Origin: Eledone cirrhosa
Taxonomy: Eukaryota
Length of the DNA stretch: 64,000 nt
Direction: 5' to 3'
Assembly (NCBI GenBank): GCA_964016885.1
Contig: OZ024742.1
Coordinates: 173,042,001 to 173,106,000, forward strand
Both the position numbers and the translations under genes were made by a program. This document shows, piece by piece, positions 37,992 through 52,401 of this stretch (position 1 is the stretch's first letter; each line of letters begins with the position of its first letter). The notes under the pieces were generated by a model. That model was not told where the DNA came from. It saw nothing but the letters and a program-made list of their open reading frames with translations, and made no database searches.

Positions 37992-38184
37992 TTTAATGTA
38001 CAATAAACAATAAAATATAATTACCTCATTACCAAAGGTTTCCCGAATAAGACGCATTCGTTCGTCAGACAAGGCAATTTCCATTCCTAAATTGCCTTGT
38101 GTGATGAACGAATGCGGACGTTCCTTGTATTCGGGAAACATTTGGTAATGATGTAATTATATTTATTGTTTATTATCCATTAAA
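37992..38184. repeat. Palindrome with hammerhead core remnants in both arms
   Basis: Arms are centred on aaggcaattt/aaattgcctt. Minus strand has CUGACGA-acgaau..auucgg-GAAAC-cuuug-GUA; plus strand has GUGAUGA..GAAAC. Confidence 0.85.
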
Positions 38185-38299
38185 AAAACAAATATATATG
38201 GGTCAGTGGCTTATATGTTACTCTCATGGAATGTCACTAAATGAGGTATATAGCATAATCCCTTTTATGGTTCACACTTTTATTCTATCATTGTGTTGC

Positions 38300-38960
38300 A
38301 GTGTTTAGATCCTATTGGTGGAGAAATTTTCATTCTGTTGGCATAGTACTTTTCATTGATGGTGGGTCAACTTCTGAATATAGCCTATAAACTCGATGCA
38401 TTTTGCATTTCAAAAGGTTGATGCCGGCCCCTCTCCTGCAGATGAAATGAACTTGGCTTTTTTTTTGGAGCAGGTGGGGTATGGTGTTTCCATTGCATGT
38501 ATTGTTCTCTTTGTCTCTGGCTCAAAGTAATGAACCAACATATCATTCTCGGTTAGGACACGTTCAAGGAAATCATATGTTTCCCTGATGTGAGAAGCCT
38601 TGTGCGCTTTTGAATATGTTTCAGAATACGTGTACCCCACTGAGCAGAAACCGTCGTCATGCCAAGTTCAAGTGCAGATTATCCTCAACTCTCTCACGGG
38701 TTATGCTAATAACATTGGGTATATGAGTTATAGTCAATCACCAGTAATGCATCACCACATGGTAATCAGGATCAATGTCTTCCTCGGTGGTGGCAGATGC
38801 ATGGCGTCCAGCCGCATCCTTGCAGCTCCTAAATTCAGCTGCCCACTTTTGCATTATTGACAAAGCTGGAGCTTCATCATTTAATCTAGCTTCATCCTTT
38901 AAAGCGTTTGAGTTAATCACTTTTTCAGCATGTACATTTATTAATAAGAAGAGTTGAAAT
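38300..38960 (-). pseudogene. Mariner-type transposase remnant
   Basis: FLERVLTENDMLVHYFEPETKR..KKAKFISSAGE resembles mariner FLxRIVTGDETWVHxFEPETKRQS..KKAK..SAGK. Upstream QKWAAEF..D..GR..ATTEEDID is HTH/linker-like. Confidence 0.75.
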
Positions 38961-39076
38961 GAAAGCATGCAAGATTGCATGGCCCTCATAGATAGTCATA
39001 GATAGAGAAAGAGTGTGAGAGACAGGTAGTGAGAGAGAGAGTAAAAAAAGGAAAGAAAGAAAGAGAGAGTGTGTGT

Positions 39077-39158
<82 letters not shown>

Positions 39159-40082
39159 CTGACAGAGAGGAAAACAGTTTTTCCACTTTTGTTAAACTAC
39201 CACAAAAATATAGGTATTTCACAATAAGCAATGTAATCGTCTGATTTATACCTGATAGTGATATCAAATTAGCACAAACGTATACAAGAGTCTATTGAAG
39301 ACGTGTAGTTATGTATTCAAATGTCAAACCTCAACAAATTATAGGTACTTTTTTTTCTCAACATAACATGTTCCTATTTTTCTATAAATGCACCAGAATT
39401 TATATTAGAAAGAATTCTACATTTACTCATAAATATAACACTGTTAAAAAGGTAATCCTGAAAGCGGTCGATGTTTGTTGCTTACTGTAATCTAGATTCA
39501 AAATCAGCTGAGAGCCACTTTTCCTTTCACCCTTCAGGAGACGATAAATTGTGTTCCAGTGCAAAATACTTAAATTGGTGAATGAGATTATTTTGAGGTA
39601 TGCTATCCGGCTCGCTGCATTCTATGACCAAATCTGGCCATCTTCTGCCAGGATTTGCAACTGTTAGATATTACAATAAATGGCGAAAACACGGGATACA
39701 TTATGTTCATGGCTACATCCACCTGTCGGCCCTTTTTTTTTTGTTTTCGTTTGGTTTTCTATTGCTGTTCCTCAATTGCATGTTCAAAATATCATTACTA
39801 ACATATTTTTCTTTTCTATAACATCACACATATTTATATACAAGATAGGTGGGGGCAAATTTGAGAAATAATGGTGTTCTTGATTTGTAAAAGATATGTA
39901 TTCTTAAAGGCATTAGTAGGATACACCTAAATATAATTACTTCAACTCAGAACAGAAAGACATTAAAGACATTAAGTGAAATGACGTATGATGGCTGATG
40001 TGTATATGATGACAAAGTAGTCGTCATTTGGTAGTTACAACCACGTATCAACACCTGTCACGATGCAGATGATAATAACTCT

Positions 40083-40176
40083 GATAATAATAATAATAAT
40101 AATTGTTTCTACTTTAGGCACAAGGCCAGCAATTACCCAGTGCATTACTGGTACTTTATGTTATCGACTCCGTCGA
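40083..40176 (-). mobile_element. SINE 3' fragment with (TTA)n tail
   Basis: Reverse complement of 23767-23846. Confidence 0.75.
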
Positions 40177-40177
40177 A

Positions 40178-40327
40178 AATAATAATGAATTCATTTATTA
40201 GCCACAAGGGCCGACATGTAGGGGACAATACAAAGACAGGGACAGTGGGGGTTTGCAATAAGGTAGAATAACAGTGCACAATGGCAAGACTAGTTTAACA
40301 ATGAATATATAAAAATATAAAATAAAC

Positions 40328-40329
<2 letters not shown>
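40178..40329 (-). mobile_element. 3'-terminal ~150 bp of a second Tx1-like subfamily
   Basis: Direct repeat of 46355-46505. AATAAA and (TTA)n tail on the minus strand. Confidence 0.75.
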
Positions 40330-40375
<46 letters not shown>

Positions 40376-40854
40376 GATCGAAAAATAGATGCAAATAGAC
40401 CTGATATAATATTCAAGGACTTTCAAAAAGGGTATGCCTGCTAATTGATATGTCTGTTCCAATAGACAAGAATGTATCTATAAAATCCTTTGAAAAATTG
40501 AGCAAGTATAAGGACCTGGAGATAGAAATTGGAAAAATGTGGAAATTGAGAACTAAAACAATATCAGTGGTTGTAGGCGCTCTGGGAATGATACCTAAGG
40601 GGTTTAATGATTACTTATCGCAAATCCCAGGAAACCCGCGTATAGGAGAAATACAAAAGATATTACTAATGGGAACTGCCCATATACTAAGGAAGATTCT
40701 GTCAATATAAGTACATCACAAGTCTAAACACTAAAGATGCATGTGTGAATATGTATGTTCTTTCTTGAACATGGCGGACCTTGTTGTCCCTTGAGGTCAC
40801 TGGTTGTGATTTGGTGATAACCCGTAGAAAAATAAAGCAAGATAAATGCAACTG
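40376..40854 (+). mobile_element. 5'-truncated copy of RT-RLE family 2 (RLE C-terminus + 3'UTR)
   Basis: ORF 40450-40710 is almost identical to the C-terminus of 13094-14407. (TAA)n on both flanks. Confidence 0.92.
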
Positions 40855-41120
40855 TAATAATAATAATAATGATTTCTTTATTAACCACAAGGGATTACAT
40901 AAAGTAGACATTAAGGACAGTGCAGGACAATACGGAACGGTACAAATGGGCATTTCTGCGTGTAAAAAACAAAAACAGAGGATGTAACAAAAAATAACAA
41001 TGAAAAATTCCCCAATATGGGGGAGACATCGGAGGGCCATTTGTGGAGAAAGCCCAGTAAAAGGCCACAATGACCCTGACCACCAAGGCAAGTGCCCTCT
41101 CCCAGTTTTCCAGCTTTAAT

Positions 41121-43980
41121 TTACAGATATATACTCAGAGTAGGCCCATTCACTCGGGCCATTCTTGCTTCTCTCACCCATCTTTCAACAAAATGCTGGA
41201 AAGAGAGCACTTCCCTCTCGACTCTGATTTTCCTTTTCAAATGAAATTTGAAAAAGTCAATCAGAGCATCACCGAAGAGGTAAGTGCTCGTCTTCAGCCC
41301 TTTCAAACGTGTCCACCATACTATCTCTTTCGCCATGGCCACCAGACAGATAAAAACTGCCTGCCCTTCCCGGCTAAAGGAGGGGGGGGAAATCCTCACG
41401 ATGGACTCAGATGATAGCCGGATCCGTCCTAAACGCGACAGCAGGTGTTCCACATAAACCCACAAATCAGCAATTTTCGGACACTGGACGAGTGCGTGCA
41501 GGACGGTTTCATCGCCCTGCGCGCATCTCAGACATGCCCGGCTGATGGCACCTCCATGCCTGTAGAGTTCATCCCGAACTGGCAAGGCTCCTCGGTAGCA
41601 CTGCCAGGCCAAAGATTTCTGGAAGTTGTCCATAGGACTGGCGCGAAAGTTCTTCCAAAGAGATTGGGTAGTTGATTTACGTCGACGCCTAGAGTTTCCC
41701 CAAGTTTTGTCCGTCTGGAGGTCCTGACCGAACCAGACCCCTAGCAATTTTACCGGTCCGTCCGTCCAGCGTCCGACAAAGCTGTTGTACGGCATGGACC
41801 TGCCTCTCCAGGTGCCGAGCTGCAGGCCCACTGACTTTTCCTAGTTGACCATTGCTCCTCTCACCGCTTCGTATTTTCTTAGTGTAGTGTCGATCGCCTC
41901 GATGTGTTTGGCGTTCGACATCACTACGGTGACATCGTCCGCATATGCTGACACGGATCTTCCGCATCCTAGTTCGCGCGGGACCCTCCTCAACGTCTCC
42001 AGTTTGTGCAGTAATGGCTCGAGAGTCAATACGTACAAGAGGGACGAGAGGGGACATCCTTGGCGGACCGAGCGCATGATGTTGAACGGTTCCGACAGGT
42101 GACCGTTCACTCTCACCACAGAGCAGATGTCGCTGTGCATGGCAGCGATCCAGCCTCTGAAGACGGGCCCAAAGCCAGCCGCCCTCAGGACTGCCGCTAG
42201 GTAACGATGGTCGACCTTATCGAAAGCTTTCGACTGATCTAAATTGATCAAGGACCCAACCGTGCCATGTTCCCTAGCTACCCTCTCTACGATGTATCGC
42301 ATGAGGTGGAGGTTGTCGTGGATGGATCTGTCGGGAATGGTGCATGTCTGCGCCTCTCCCACCAGAGCATCAACGCCAAGCGCCAACCTCTTTGCTAGCA
42401 CCTTGGCCAAATTCTTGAACTCTGTGTTTAGCAGAGTTATGGGCCTGAAATTATCTATGTTATCCCCCTTGTTCGGATCCTTTCTCAGCAGTGCCACCGC
42501 TCCATGAAACACAGAACTGTTGCCAGTTGCAGTAGACGTCCGCCAAGAGGCCTCCGAACAAGTCTGGCATCTGTACGTAAAGTTCATAGGGCAGACCATC
42601 CAAACAAGGCGATTTACCCCTTTTGCAGCCAGTCATTGCCTCCCTTACTTCAGCGGCTGTTATCGGCTTTTCACAACGCTTCGCCTCAGTGGCCGAGAGC
42701 CGCGGCAGTCCGTCGAGGTAGACACTAAAGTCCATCACTCGACCCGGCTCACCGCGGCCCCCGAACAGCTGAGCGAAGTGTCGCTGAAAAGCTTCACACA
42801 TTTGCCCGGGATCGAGTAGCATGCGCCCGTCGCGGTACACTAAAAACCGGATCGTGGCTTTGCTGCCAGGACGCGCCTCCGCCACTCGGGCCCATTGAAC
42901 GGCTTTCGTCCCCTCGTGTCTGAGAGCACGCACCCTTGCTCTGACAACGCAGCCTTCGTGCTTTGCATTGAGAAATTGGTCAATGGCCAATTTCGCCGCA
43001 AGCACGTCGGTCGCAATGCCTTTGCTAAGCGCCTCGTCTAATTTTCTAACTAGTTCTCTCTCTGCTCTATTTTTCTCTATTGCTAAAGCCTTACTAAACC
43101 TAATGGATTCTATTCTAATCGCTCTTTTCAGAGTAAACCACCACTTGTTGTTGACGATGGCCCCCGTCAACGCCCGCTTAACTAGTTCGCTAATCCGGTC
43201 TCTATAGGCCTTGCGCGCTGGTAAGGACGCGTTTAGCTTCCAGTAGCCGGGTCCTCGTCTATGAAGCCTATCTAAGTCAAGCACACAGATCACAAATTTA
43301 TGGTCCGTGTAGCTGACTATCTTGAATTTTGGACAGCCTATGCTAGACCTATCTATTTCCCTACAAAATACCCTATCTAGATATGATCTGGATGACCCTA
43401 TACGATTTGTCCAAGTCCACATTGGCACATTCGGGAAATCCAATCGGTACCTGTCAGACAGTTCAAAACGCCTGAGCAGGTTGGTGAGCCTCTTGCACCC
43501 GCCACCCCTATCCGCTAATCCAACACAGTCCCAGCGTGCATCTTAAATCCCGTTCCAGTCGCCCACTAACACTAAAGAGCGGGACGTTCCAAGAAAGGTC
43601 TCCAGACGCCGGAAGAAATCAGGCCGCCCTGCTCGTGTCGGGGCATAGACGGCCACTAGCCTGAAAGCTTGCCCGTCTCCGCTGGTCACGTCTAGCACCA
43701 CCAACTTACCCTCTGGGTCCATGAAGATGGCCCGTATGGCGTGATCCAAACCTCTCCGAAAAAGCACAGCAACTCCTCACCCCGATCCAGGACGGCTGGG
43801 AGATGCGTACACATCGTAGCCGCCGAAGATCGGTGCGAAGGCCCGTGTTTCGGAGATTCTGGTCTCGCTGATGGCCACTACATCTATGTTTAGTGACCTG
43901 AGGTCGTTGAGCAGGTGACCCTGCTTCCATGACGACCCACAGCCTCGCGCATTTATGCTGCCTATTCTGAGCGAGGTCAT
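41121..43980 (-). pseudogene. Tx1 ORF2 APE-RT, broken
   Basis: SINARG, VAISET, GDWN, SYLDR, TDH, GYWKLN, FRPITLLN, LDQSKAFDKVDH, VRQGCPLS, AYADDV. Confidence 0.9.
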
Positions 43981-44015
43981 GTTTAAAATACAGTGGAAAA
44001 GATGGGAAATACCAC

Positions 44016-46127
44016 TTACCGTACTTTTCGTAGAGGAGGGATGGTTTTTACATCCCTTTTCACTTGATCGTCTGATGAAGGGACCGTTGAATCGTCCCTT
44101 CGGCTGGTCATCGGCCCTTCTATGAGTATGTCCGAATATACTCTTCGGTTGATAGTTCCTCCTAGGTCTCTGAAATCACCAACTGCGTTGGGGAATTTCG
44201 TTTTAATGCTTGTGTATTGTTTCTGTGCTATTTTTAGCAGTCTTATGTTAGTTGGCGTTTTGATTGGTGCTGGTATTATGTAGTCGTGTTGTGAAATGTC
44301 TGTGTGTTCAATTATGTAAGTCATTAGTTTATTGTTGTGTGTATTTATTGCCGTGCATTTGTTTTACTGGGGGTGGGGTGTGGTTCTGCTATTTTCTTGT
44401 CGTTTTTGCTGGGTGTGTGTGTTTTGTTGTGTTTGCGATGTTGGTGCTTGTGGTGGTGGTGTTGAAGGCGTTGTTGTTGTTGGCGGTGGGGTTCTTGCCG
44501 GTGCTGATGGTGGTGCTAGTGTGGGTGGTGATGGTGTTGGTGGTGTTGCTGCTGTGAGTCTCTTTGCAGTAGACTTTACCCTTTTTTCAATTCTTTCCTC
44601 CCTTTTCAAAGGCGACGATGCGCTGCTTCTGCGTTTGTGCCTTCTTACGACCTTTTGCCATCCCTCTCCCACCTCACACTCCATGTCTGATTCTGTGAGG
44701 TCGGGGAGGGGTACAGCTCCACTCTTTCACTTGTTGTTGTTGGTGATGTTTGCACTGGAGTCTCTGTTGCAGCTGCATTTGGTATTGCTGTTGTTGTTGT
44801 TGTTAATACTTCCACAGCTGCTGCTGTTTTTGATTTCCGTGGCGTGGGTATGGGTGCCACGGTCCTATCGTTCCTGGTTGCCGCTTCTCCTGTTGCCGGT
44901 AGTCGTGGAGCCGGTTTCGGAAGGAGGGGGGTTTTCTCCTATCTCAGGGTGTTCTCGTTGCAGAAGGCCCTGAGGTGAGTCTTCGATCCACAGCGAAAGC
45001 ATTTTGGGCGTTTGCCCTCAACACTTATGGGCAGTTGAATGCCGTTATCGAAGTCTATCACATCCGGGATAGCTTCGATGCACTCCTGGTTGGTTTGGAT
45101 TAACATCTCAATGGAGGTGCCGACCCAATCTTCTCTTACTTTTTTCTGTACTTGCAGTACAGTTGTTTTGTCCTCGATTCCGACGAGGACAGACGCGGCC
45201 AGCCAAGAAGAGGCCATCCGGGGGGGGGGGGACGTGAGTCAGTTTGACCCTCACAATTTTGTGCACGCTGTAGGAGGGCACCAACACCATTTCCTCGCTC
45301 CTTAGGGTCATAAATGATTGAGCCTTTGCCTCCTGGGGTGTGGCAAAAAGTATGTCTACGGTGGCATATTTCTTGCCTCGGGTTATGTGTGTTTTCCGCT
45401 GCCACACAGATCCCAAGGCTTTTTGTATTTGAGCCTCTGTGGCTCTTTCCACCCTACGGGATTTTGTACTTACTGTACGGTACGTGACCGTACAGTGCTG
45501 TTGGGTTTCGAAAAATGTTTCCGCTGCCTTGCAGATTGCTCGGTGTCCGGTTTTTGTCACCATCTTCTTCGCTTCCTCTAATTCCTCATTTGTTATGAGG
45601 ATTGTTTCCAGGTTCTTCGCGATACCTGCAAACGAGATTGGTTTTTCTTTGCTGCTGTTGTTGTTGTCGTTGTCGTCAGAGCTGCTGTTACTTTTGTTGT
45701 TGCTGCAGGTACTACGACTACTGCCGCCGCCGCTGTTGCTGTTGTTGTTGTTGTTGTTGCTGCTGCTAATGCTGTTGTTGTTTATGCTGCGGCTGATGCT
45801 GTTGCGGCTGCTACTGTTGTTTTCATTGTCACTGTTGTTGTTGTTATTACGGCTGCTACTGCTATTATTCCTGACGTCAGACGAATGAAATGGGTTTTCG
45901 TATTTCCCGCACACCTGTTTCGTCGTCGTTGTCGTCGTGGAGAAATCTTGAACGCTTTGCACGAGACTTTTCTTTTCTGTCGTCGCTTGCGAAAGAGAAG
46001 GGAGGGAGAGAGACACATTTAAAGAAAGGAAGGAGAGAGACAATCTGCTCTATGCTGTAGTGACGATTGTGGAAGAAGAAGACGGAATGAGTGGGAGTGA
46101 CCTATGAAAATTCTTTTTCGTAGCCAT
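44016..46127 (-). pseudogene. Tx1 ORF1, frameshifted
   Basis: Ser/Asn tract and CFRCGSKTHLRAFC knuckle; homologous to 7292-9449. Confidence 0.8.
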
Positions 46128-46345
46128 GTTGTTTTTTTATTGTTTAAAATAAATATTGGCCACAAAACCCCAATAAGCAGTTATTTAACCCCGAAGGGCC
46201 AAATAACGGGCAGAAAGTCCCCTCTCACGAGGAGGAGGGTGTTTTTGTGTACAAGTTGGTAAACGTTTTAAACAATTTACAATTGTTATAGCGTTCAAAA
46301 TTTACAATACCTTACAGAGCCGAGCCTCCGTCAACCATAGCATTC

Positions 46346-46755
46346 AATAATAATAATAATAATGATTTCATTTATTAGCCACAAGGGCCGACATGTATGG
46401 GACAATATAAAGACAGGGACAGTGGGGGTTTACAATAAGGTCGATAAAAGTGCACAATGGCAAGACTACTTTAACAATGAAAATATAAAAATATAAAATA
46501 AACTATGCATAAATACACAAAATAAATTCCTCGATACGGTGTAGACGACCATGGGGTGATTCGGGTACCCTACCAATCCTGAACCACCCTGCGCTTCTAG
46601 GGCACCCAGGGAGAGCACCCCTATCCTCAAGTTAGCTAGCCTATAGGCGCATGGTCAGAGTAGGCCCATTAAACAGAAGCCATTCTCGCCACATTCACTC
46701 ACCTTTTAGCAAATGTACTGGGGAGCAGCACTTCTCTCTCCACCCACACCCTCCT
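46346..46755 (-). mobile_element. 3' fragment of second Tx1-like subfamily
   Basis: Minus strand gives RVWVEREVLLPSTFAKR*VNVARMA, homologous to KIRVEREVLSSQHFVERWVREARMA, with a different 3'UTR. Confidence 0.75.
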
Positions 46756-48719
46756 ACAATATTTTTCGATATACTAGGATTCTTCTACAATTTGTATAAT
46801 TTGAAAGCGGGATATTGTTCAATTCCTTCTCAGCCATTTTGCAAGCTGGGAGGATGACTGACTCAGCAAGCGTGTGGGATTTAGATTTTAATACTATTAT
46901 TGCAGCCCCCTGAATTGACGCTATTTGGGCTCGTTCAGATACCGTCATTATTTTTTCAAAATATCTTCGCTGTTTTGATTTCTGCTCTAACAGTCTGTGA
47001 ATGTAATCAAGCTTTTTTATCTTTCAGAGATGAATGTTTTGAATTAAAATGTCTTTCTAACTAACTTGGTATCATGGACTCATTTGACATTGTTTCACCG
47101 CACACTACGGACACATGATGGACTTAGTTTGTCAATGTCACCAGATTAATAAAATCCAAATTTCAGATAATTTTCACAATATTGTCGATTAATGTTTCTC
47201 TTTTTGACAATAGAGGTTGATGTTTGTTCGCCTCCTGACTTGGACTCGTCACTAATATCTTTCCTTTTCAAATATTTATCCATTGTGTAGGGTCATAAAA
47301 TATCAATATGACAATTTTGGGTACGATTGTCTATATTGAGATGACAGTGTCTTTCCGTCCCACAACGCCTTCTCTTTCGTGTACAAACACAGCAAAACAA
47401 TAAAAATATGTCTTCCTAATATAGTTGATGTTTTATGAGACCATTTCTAGCTGGGAATCATCAATGTTCGATGTATTACGCACAACAATAGTCAATGTTT
47501 CAGCATTGACAACACATCGTAAATCCGCCATTTTTGCGATGTTCCACACACCAGTAGACAGCTACTGACATCTACTTTACCCTCATTAACATAAGATGAT
47601 GAAACAATGTAACACTCCGGTGTAAAAAAACAGAAAGTCGACCCATATTGAACAAGCAAATGCACATCGAACCTCTCTTTCGGCTACACTCGGTGAATCG
47701 CGCCCGCTGATTGGTCCAACACATCAGGTGACGAGGCCTTCCCATCACAATGTAAATATGGCGTCCAAACTTACTCTTCCGCTGGGATAATCCACCAGAA
47801 AATTAGGAAATTATGCCATATAGAGATGAAGCAAGACAAAATATATGTAAAGGGAAGCTAACATTGACTGATTAAGTAGCATGAACCAGAGCATTCTGAG
47901 CTAAATCATCGGAATCATCCATAGAGTGTTCCAAAACAGAGGTAGAAGCTGACATTTGTGTTTCTAACCTTTACAGGCAATTTTCTCAAAATGGGTACAT
48001 CTGAAAATTTAAAGTTCTTTCCATAAAATGTACTCGATAGATAAACTTGAAATTTTGAGGAGACTTTCCTTATAATAGTAGCTTCATCATGACACATAAT
48101 TATGCATTGGAAAATGTTAAAGTCACATTTATAAAAGAAAATATGAATTTTTTCCTTTTTTTTTACTGTCCAGCACACTAATGATGATAACATTTTCTCC
48201 TCCAGAATATCAAAAAAGGATTCTGTTACCATATAATGACTGATTTTGTGATTTTAGAAATGTAAAAATCTTCTTCATAGCTTATTTGGATTTTCTCAAA
48301 AGAACTCTGAAAATTACGCTATTTTTAAAACATCTTTGGTCATATCTCAGCAAAAATTAGGACTAGATCAAAAAGAAATATATGATTTGTCTCAATTTTA
48401 GAGGTAGATTCTACCATAAAAGTGATAAATAGATGCATGATATAATAAGTTTTTTTTCTTCCGGCAAGTATTGACCAATAACCATTCATATGATCAATAC
48501 TAATGACGAACGAAACAATAACATTTATAGAATTTTTAGCTTTGCGACACTTGGAACATTTCGCTCATCCCTAAATGAACAAAGCTATGTGGTGCAACAT
48601 GTTATGCCACAGACTGTGAATACTCAATTGGGATCACGTGGTTTTTCGCATTTTGTTTGTGAGCCGTTCAGAACTCGCGGCACACCTGTGTGCGGCGGCA
48701 CACTGGTTGAGAATCACTG
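46756..48719 (-). mobile_element. 5' part of hAT (Charlie/Buster-like) DNA transposon with decayed transposase N-terminus (ATG at 47283)
   Basis: Terminus cagtgattctcaacc on the minus strand at 48719. MDKYLKRK..RQYCENYLKFGF and KSHTLAESVILPACK..LNNIPLSN.T..RRI are Buster/ZBED5-like motifs. Confidence 0.8.
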
Positions 48720-48874
48720 ACCTAACAGAAGTCCGACGAGCGTCACAACACGTTACACTGTAATAAACGTAATGAATACCTAACACTACTGTTACCTACT
48801 GGGAACTACGCGTCGAGTACTCGTTCTGGTGAACCTATAGTAACTGGACGTTGCAATCCCTAAATATGTATATT

Positions 48875-49091
<217 letters not shown>

Positions 49092-50223
49092 AGGAACTAT
49101 AGGGACGAAAATGCCCGAAAAGCGCACTTTCCATGAATGTTATAACTACTAACAATATTTCGCTACTTGAATATCGTGAGTACCTAATAACTTTAATCAG
49201 TGAAATTATTGAAGCCAAACTCCCTTTATTGTTACTCAAGTGATACGAAATATGTATCAGAGATATCTATAGACTGAGCTGGTACAAATCATTTGGAAGA
49301 GTTTAATACAATACGGTTGGAATAATTCAACATGTTGAAAGCAACGGCTATATCGTAAATATTATTTCAGAAACAGGTATTCTCTCAGTAACCTGGAGAA
49401 TCTAGAATAAGATCAAATATATATAGAAATGCGTAAATGAATCATGTGCCTTTCTGTTGGATGTCTGTGTCAACAAAGTTCAACTCCCACTGCATTGTCA
49501 AAAACTTGTTCCAAACTACAAGACGACACGCTATAAAAGCGAAGACAGTAAGTAATGATAGCAAAGCGACTGTCTAAAGCAGTCGATATCACTATAAAAT
49601 TTCAAATGTTTAACTCACCGCTTATTTCCCCTCTTCGGTTCAGAATATTGGTATGCATTCGAATTCTTTGCAGCTAGTTTGTTAGTGGTTAGTAATTTAG
49701 GCACATGAAAAATAATTCAGACCGACGGAGAAAGTCAATTAAACCGACGCCATTAATTTCCGGCACAGGATCAAATGTAAATTTGACCTCAATCGAATTT
49801 GAAACCAGAACTAAATTACGCAAAGATGCCGTAATGTTTCTTCCACTACACCAGCTTTCATTTTGGTAGTAATAATAATCTTAATTTAATCTAATTTTCG
49901 TCAGGAAACCGCAAAACGTCTTATTTTTTGTAAATCCTAAATGCACTTAAAAACTTAACCCCTCAGACGACAAGTATAGAATGCCTACGAATGTCACAAA
50001 AAATTGAATAAGATGGTAAATATTTAAGCAAGTAAAGAGATGTGATAATCACATTAATATATGTGGAAATAGACATACACGTGTATGTATATTATATATA
50101 CATATATATATCTATATATATATATATATATTTATATATATTTATATATATTATAATATATATTTATATATATTTATATATATTATAATATATATATATA
50201 TATATTTATATATATTTATATAT

Positions 50224-50262
<39 letters not shown>

Positions 50263-51184
50263 CGGGTATGTGTGTGTGTTTGTGTGTGTGTATCTATACA
50301 TGTGCGTGCTGTTACTTCCTTACACTGCAGTTTACCATACTAAGTCAATTATATTAAAAAAAGTTAAGACAAACAAAAAATAACTTTTACTTTCAGCATC
50401 GCAGATTTACAAAGCAAACAACACTTGGCTTATAACAAACAACAATGGAAGATAAAAACAACACAAACTACAAGAACAACACCAACAACAAACAAACACA
50501 AATATAAGCAATAAAAAACTGAGACAACATCAAAATCACGCCTCCCACTACGTATTCAATCAAATCGTGTTTCTAACATGGTAGAATAGAACCTTAGGCA
50601 AGGAACATGAAAACCTAAATAATGTATTAGTCGAATTTGTAACTAGGGCATTTCTATACAGAAACCACCACAAAACTATACATACATAAGCACGCTCACA
50701 TACACAAACACACACAAACGCATGCACACATATTTCGGTACATGCATATGTGTGTTTATGTTTTGCATAGGAGTTCAGGTATATATGTATGTAAATATGT
50801 ATGCTTATATACGTAACATAATATATTCATGTGTATATAAATATGCGTATGTGTGCGTATATATATATATATATATATATAAGGGTCTGTGGTGGTGTGG
50901 CATGAAACTAACTGTAAGCGAATATTGTGTGGAGTGGAATCCTAATAGGAGTGAGTATATGAATAGATTCTGCCGTCATTGTGAAGGTTATGATTATAAT
51001 GATGGTGGTGATTTGTGTCATGATAATGATGCAATTTATGATGACGATGATGATAATGTGGTGTAGGAGCGCGTTGAGCAAGTTATTGTACGAGAAAATG
51101 CATTTGCAAGAGATTGAGGATTTAGCTGATCGTGTAGATGACATAATACCCCCACGTAATCGCTTACTGTAATTGAATGCTACA

Positions 51185-51270
51185 TAATTTTATTAATGAC
51201 AGAAGGATGACGGCAAAGTTGTTCTGAGGTGAACTTGAACTCACAACATAAAGAACAAGAGCATATACTT
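51185..51270 (-). mobile_element. Degenerate SINE fragment (similar remnants near 29095, 39490, 49765)
   Basis: gaaggatga.ggcaaagtt..cttgaactca aligns to 785-850. Confidence 0.5.
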
Positions 51271-52225
51271 TGCATATACTATACATAATATACATTTTAT
51301 GTCCCTCCTCTAATTTTACTTTCGTCCGTACGTGTTGCGGAATTAAAATAATTCTATCTCGATCTAGACGACAAACAATAGTTTTTATTTTCTTTACATG
51401 TAAAAGTTGTATTCAAATTGTAATTCAATAAAGCTTTCAGTGAAACTATTGTTAAAGATCAGACTATATTTCACTTTCGTTGATGTTAGTATTGTTCTAG
51501 AATATTTGTCATTCTTCGATGCTTGAACATTGTTGATTAGTTAACGTTATCGTGTTCGCCACGCTAAAATGTTAGCCATTGACTTACTATAAACTGTCCT
51601 TATGCTTTTCTCTTCGGAATGCTTCTGCGATATCTTACCTAACGCACTGCCGTTCTCATCTATGAATATTATTCAGGTCAATATCACAATGCGACAAATT
51701 ATTATTTGCAATGTTATTAACATAATATTTCCATTTGTATGTGCTAACATGACAATGTCTGGAATATCTTGCCTTTCTCAGCCAACGTAAAATAGAATAC
51801 AATGGCTAATGGATTTGAATTATCGAAAATATTAAATTATGAATAATTATTAAATTATTAATTATTCAATTAATTCTTAATTATTATTTTTTCTTGAATT
51901 TACTATTTTTGGTAATTTGGCTGTGGCTATAATGTGGAATCGTTGAATCGCCATCAACAATACAGTCGTGTATATCGACATTTTTGAAAACAGGAAAGTC
52001 ACATTCGGCTAGTGAAGAATTTGAACGTACAATGTAATCATCATATTAGAGTGTATATCAACGTGTAAAAAAGTTGCTGAGCATTCCAGGATGCACGAGT
52101 TTAATTAACGTAATTCTCAACGAAATTCAGCGATACACAAGTTCTTGCAATTACATGTACGATCCAGCCAACGAACCTTAAGTATACTAGCAGAAAAACC
52201 ACCCGAGAGCGCTTTTCTGCTAGCA

Positions 52226-52401
52226 TACGAGGTGGGTCAGAAAGGTTCCAGGACTGATGTCACAAAGATTTATTTCAAACCAGACTTCACACTAAGAGTT
52301 TTCTCCTTCAAAGTAATCCGCCTGGAGTATGTCACTGTAATCTTAACTCTCTGCAGCGATCAAATATTTTTCTTCATAATTGTATATAAATGTGCTCTGT
52401 T
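52226..52401. mobile_element. One end of the mariner-like MITE
   Basis: tacgaggtgggtcagaaaggttccagg.. is the reverse complement of ~37230-37407. Confidence 0.75.

Larger units (their letters stand above)
40855..46345 (-). mobile_element. Near-full-length L1/Tx1 LINE, copy B (decayed, internal deletion in ORF2)
   Basis: Colinear reverse complement of 7077-12950. Confidence 0.9.
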
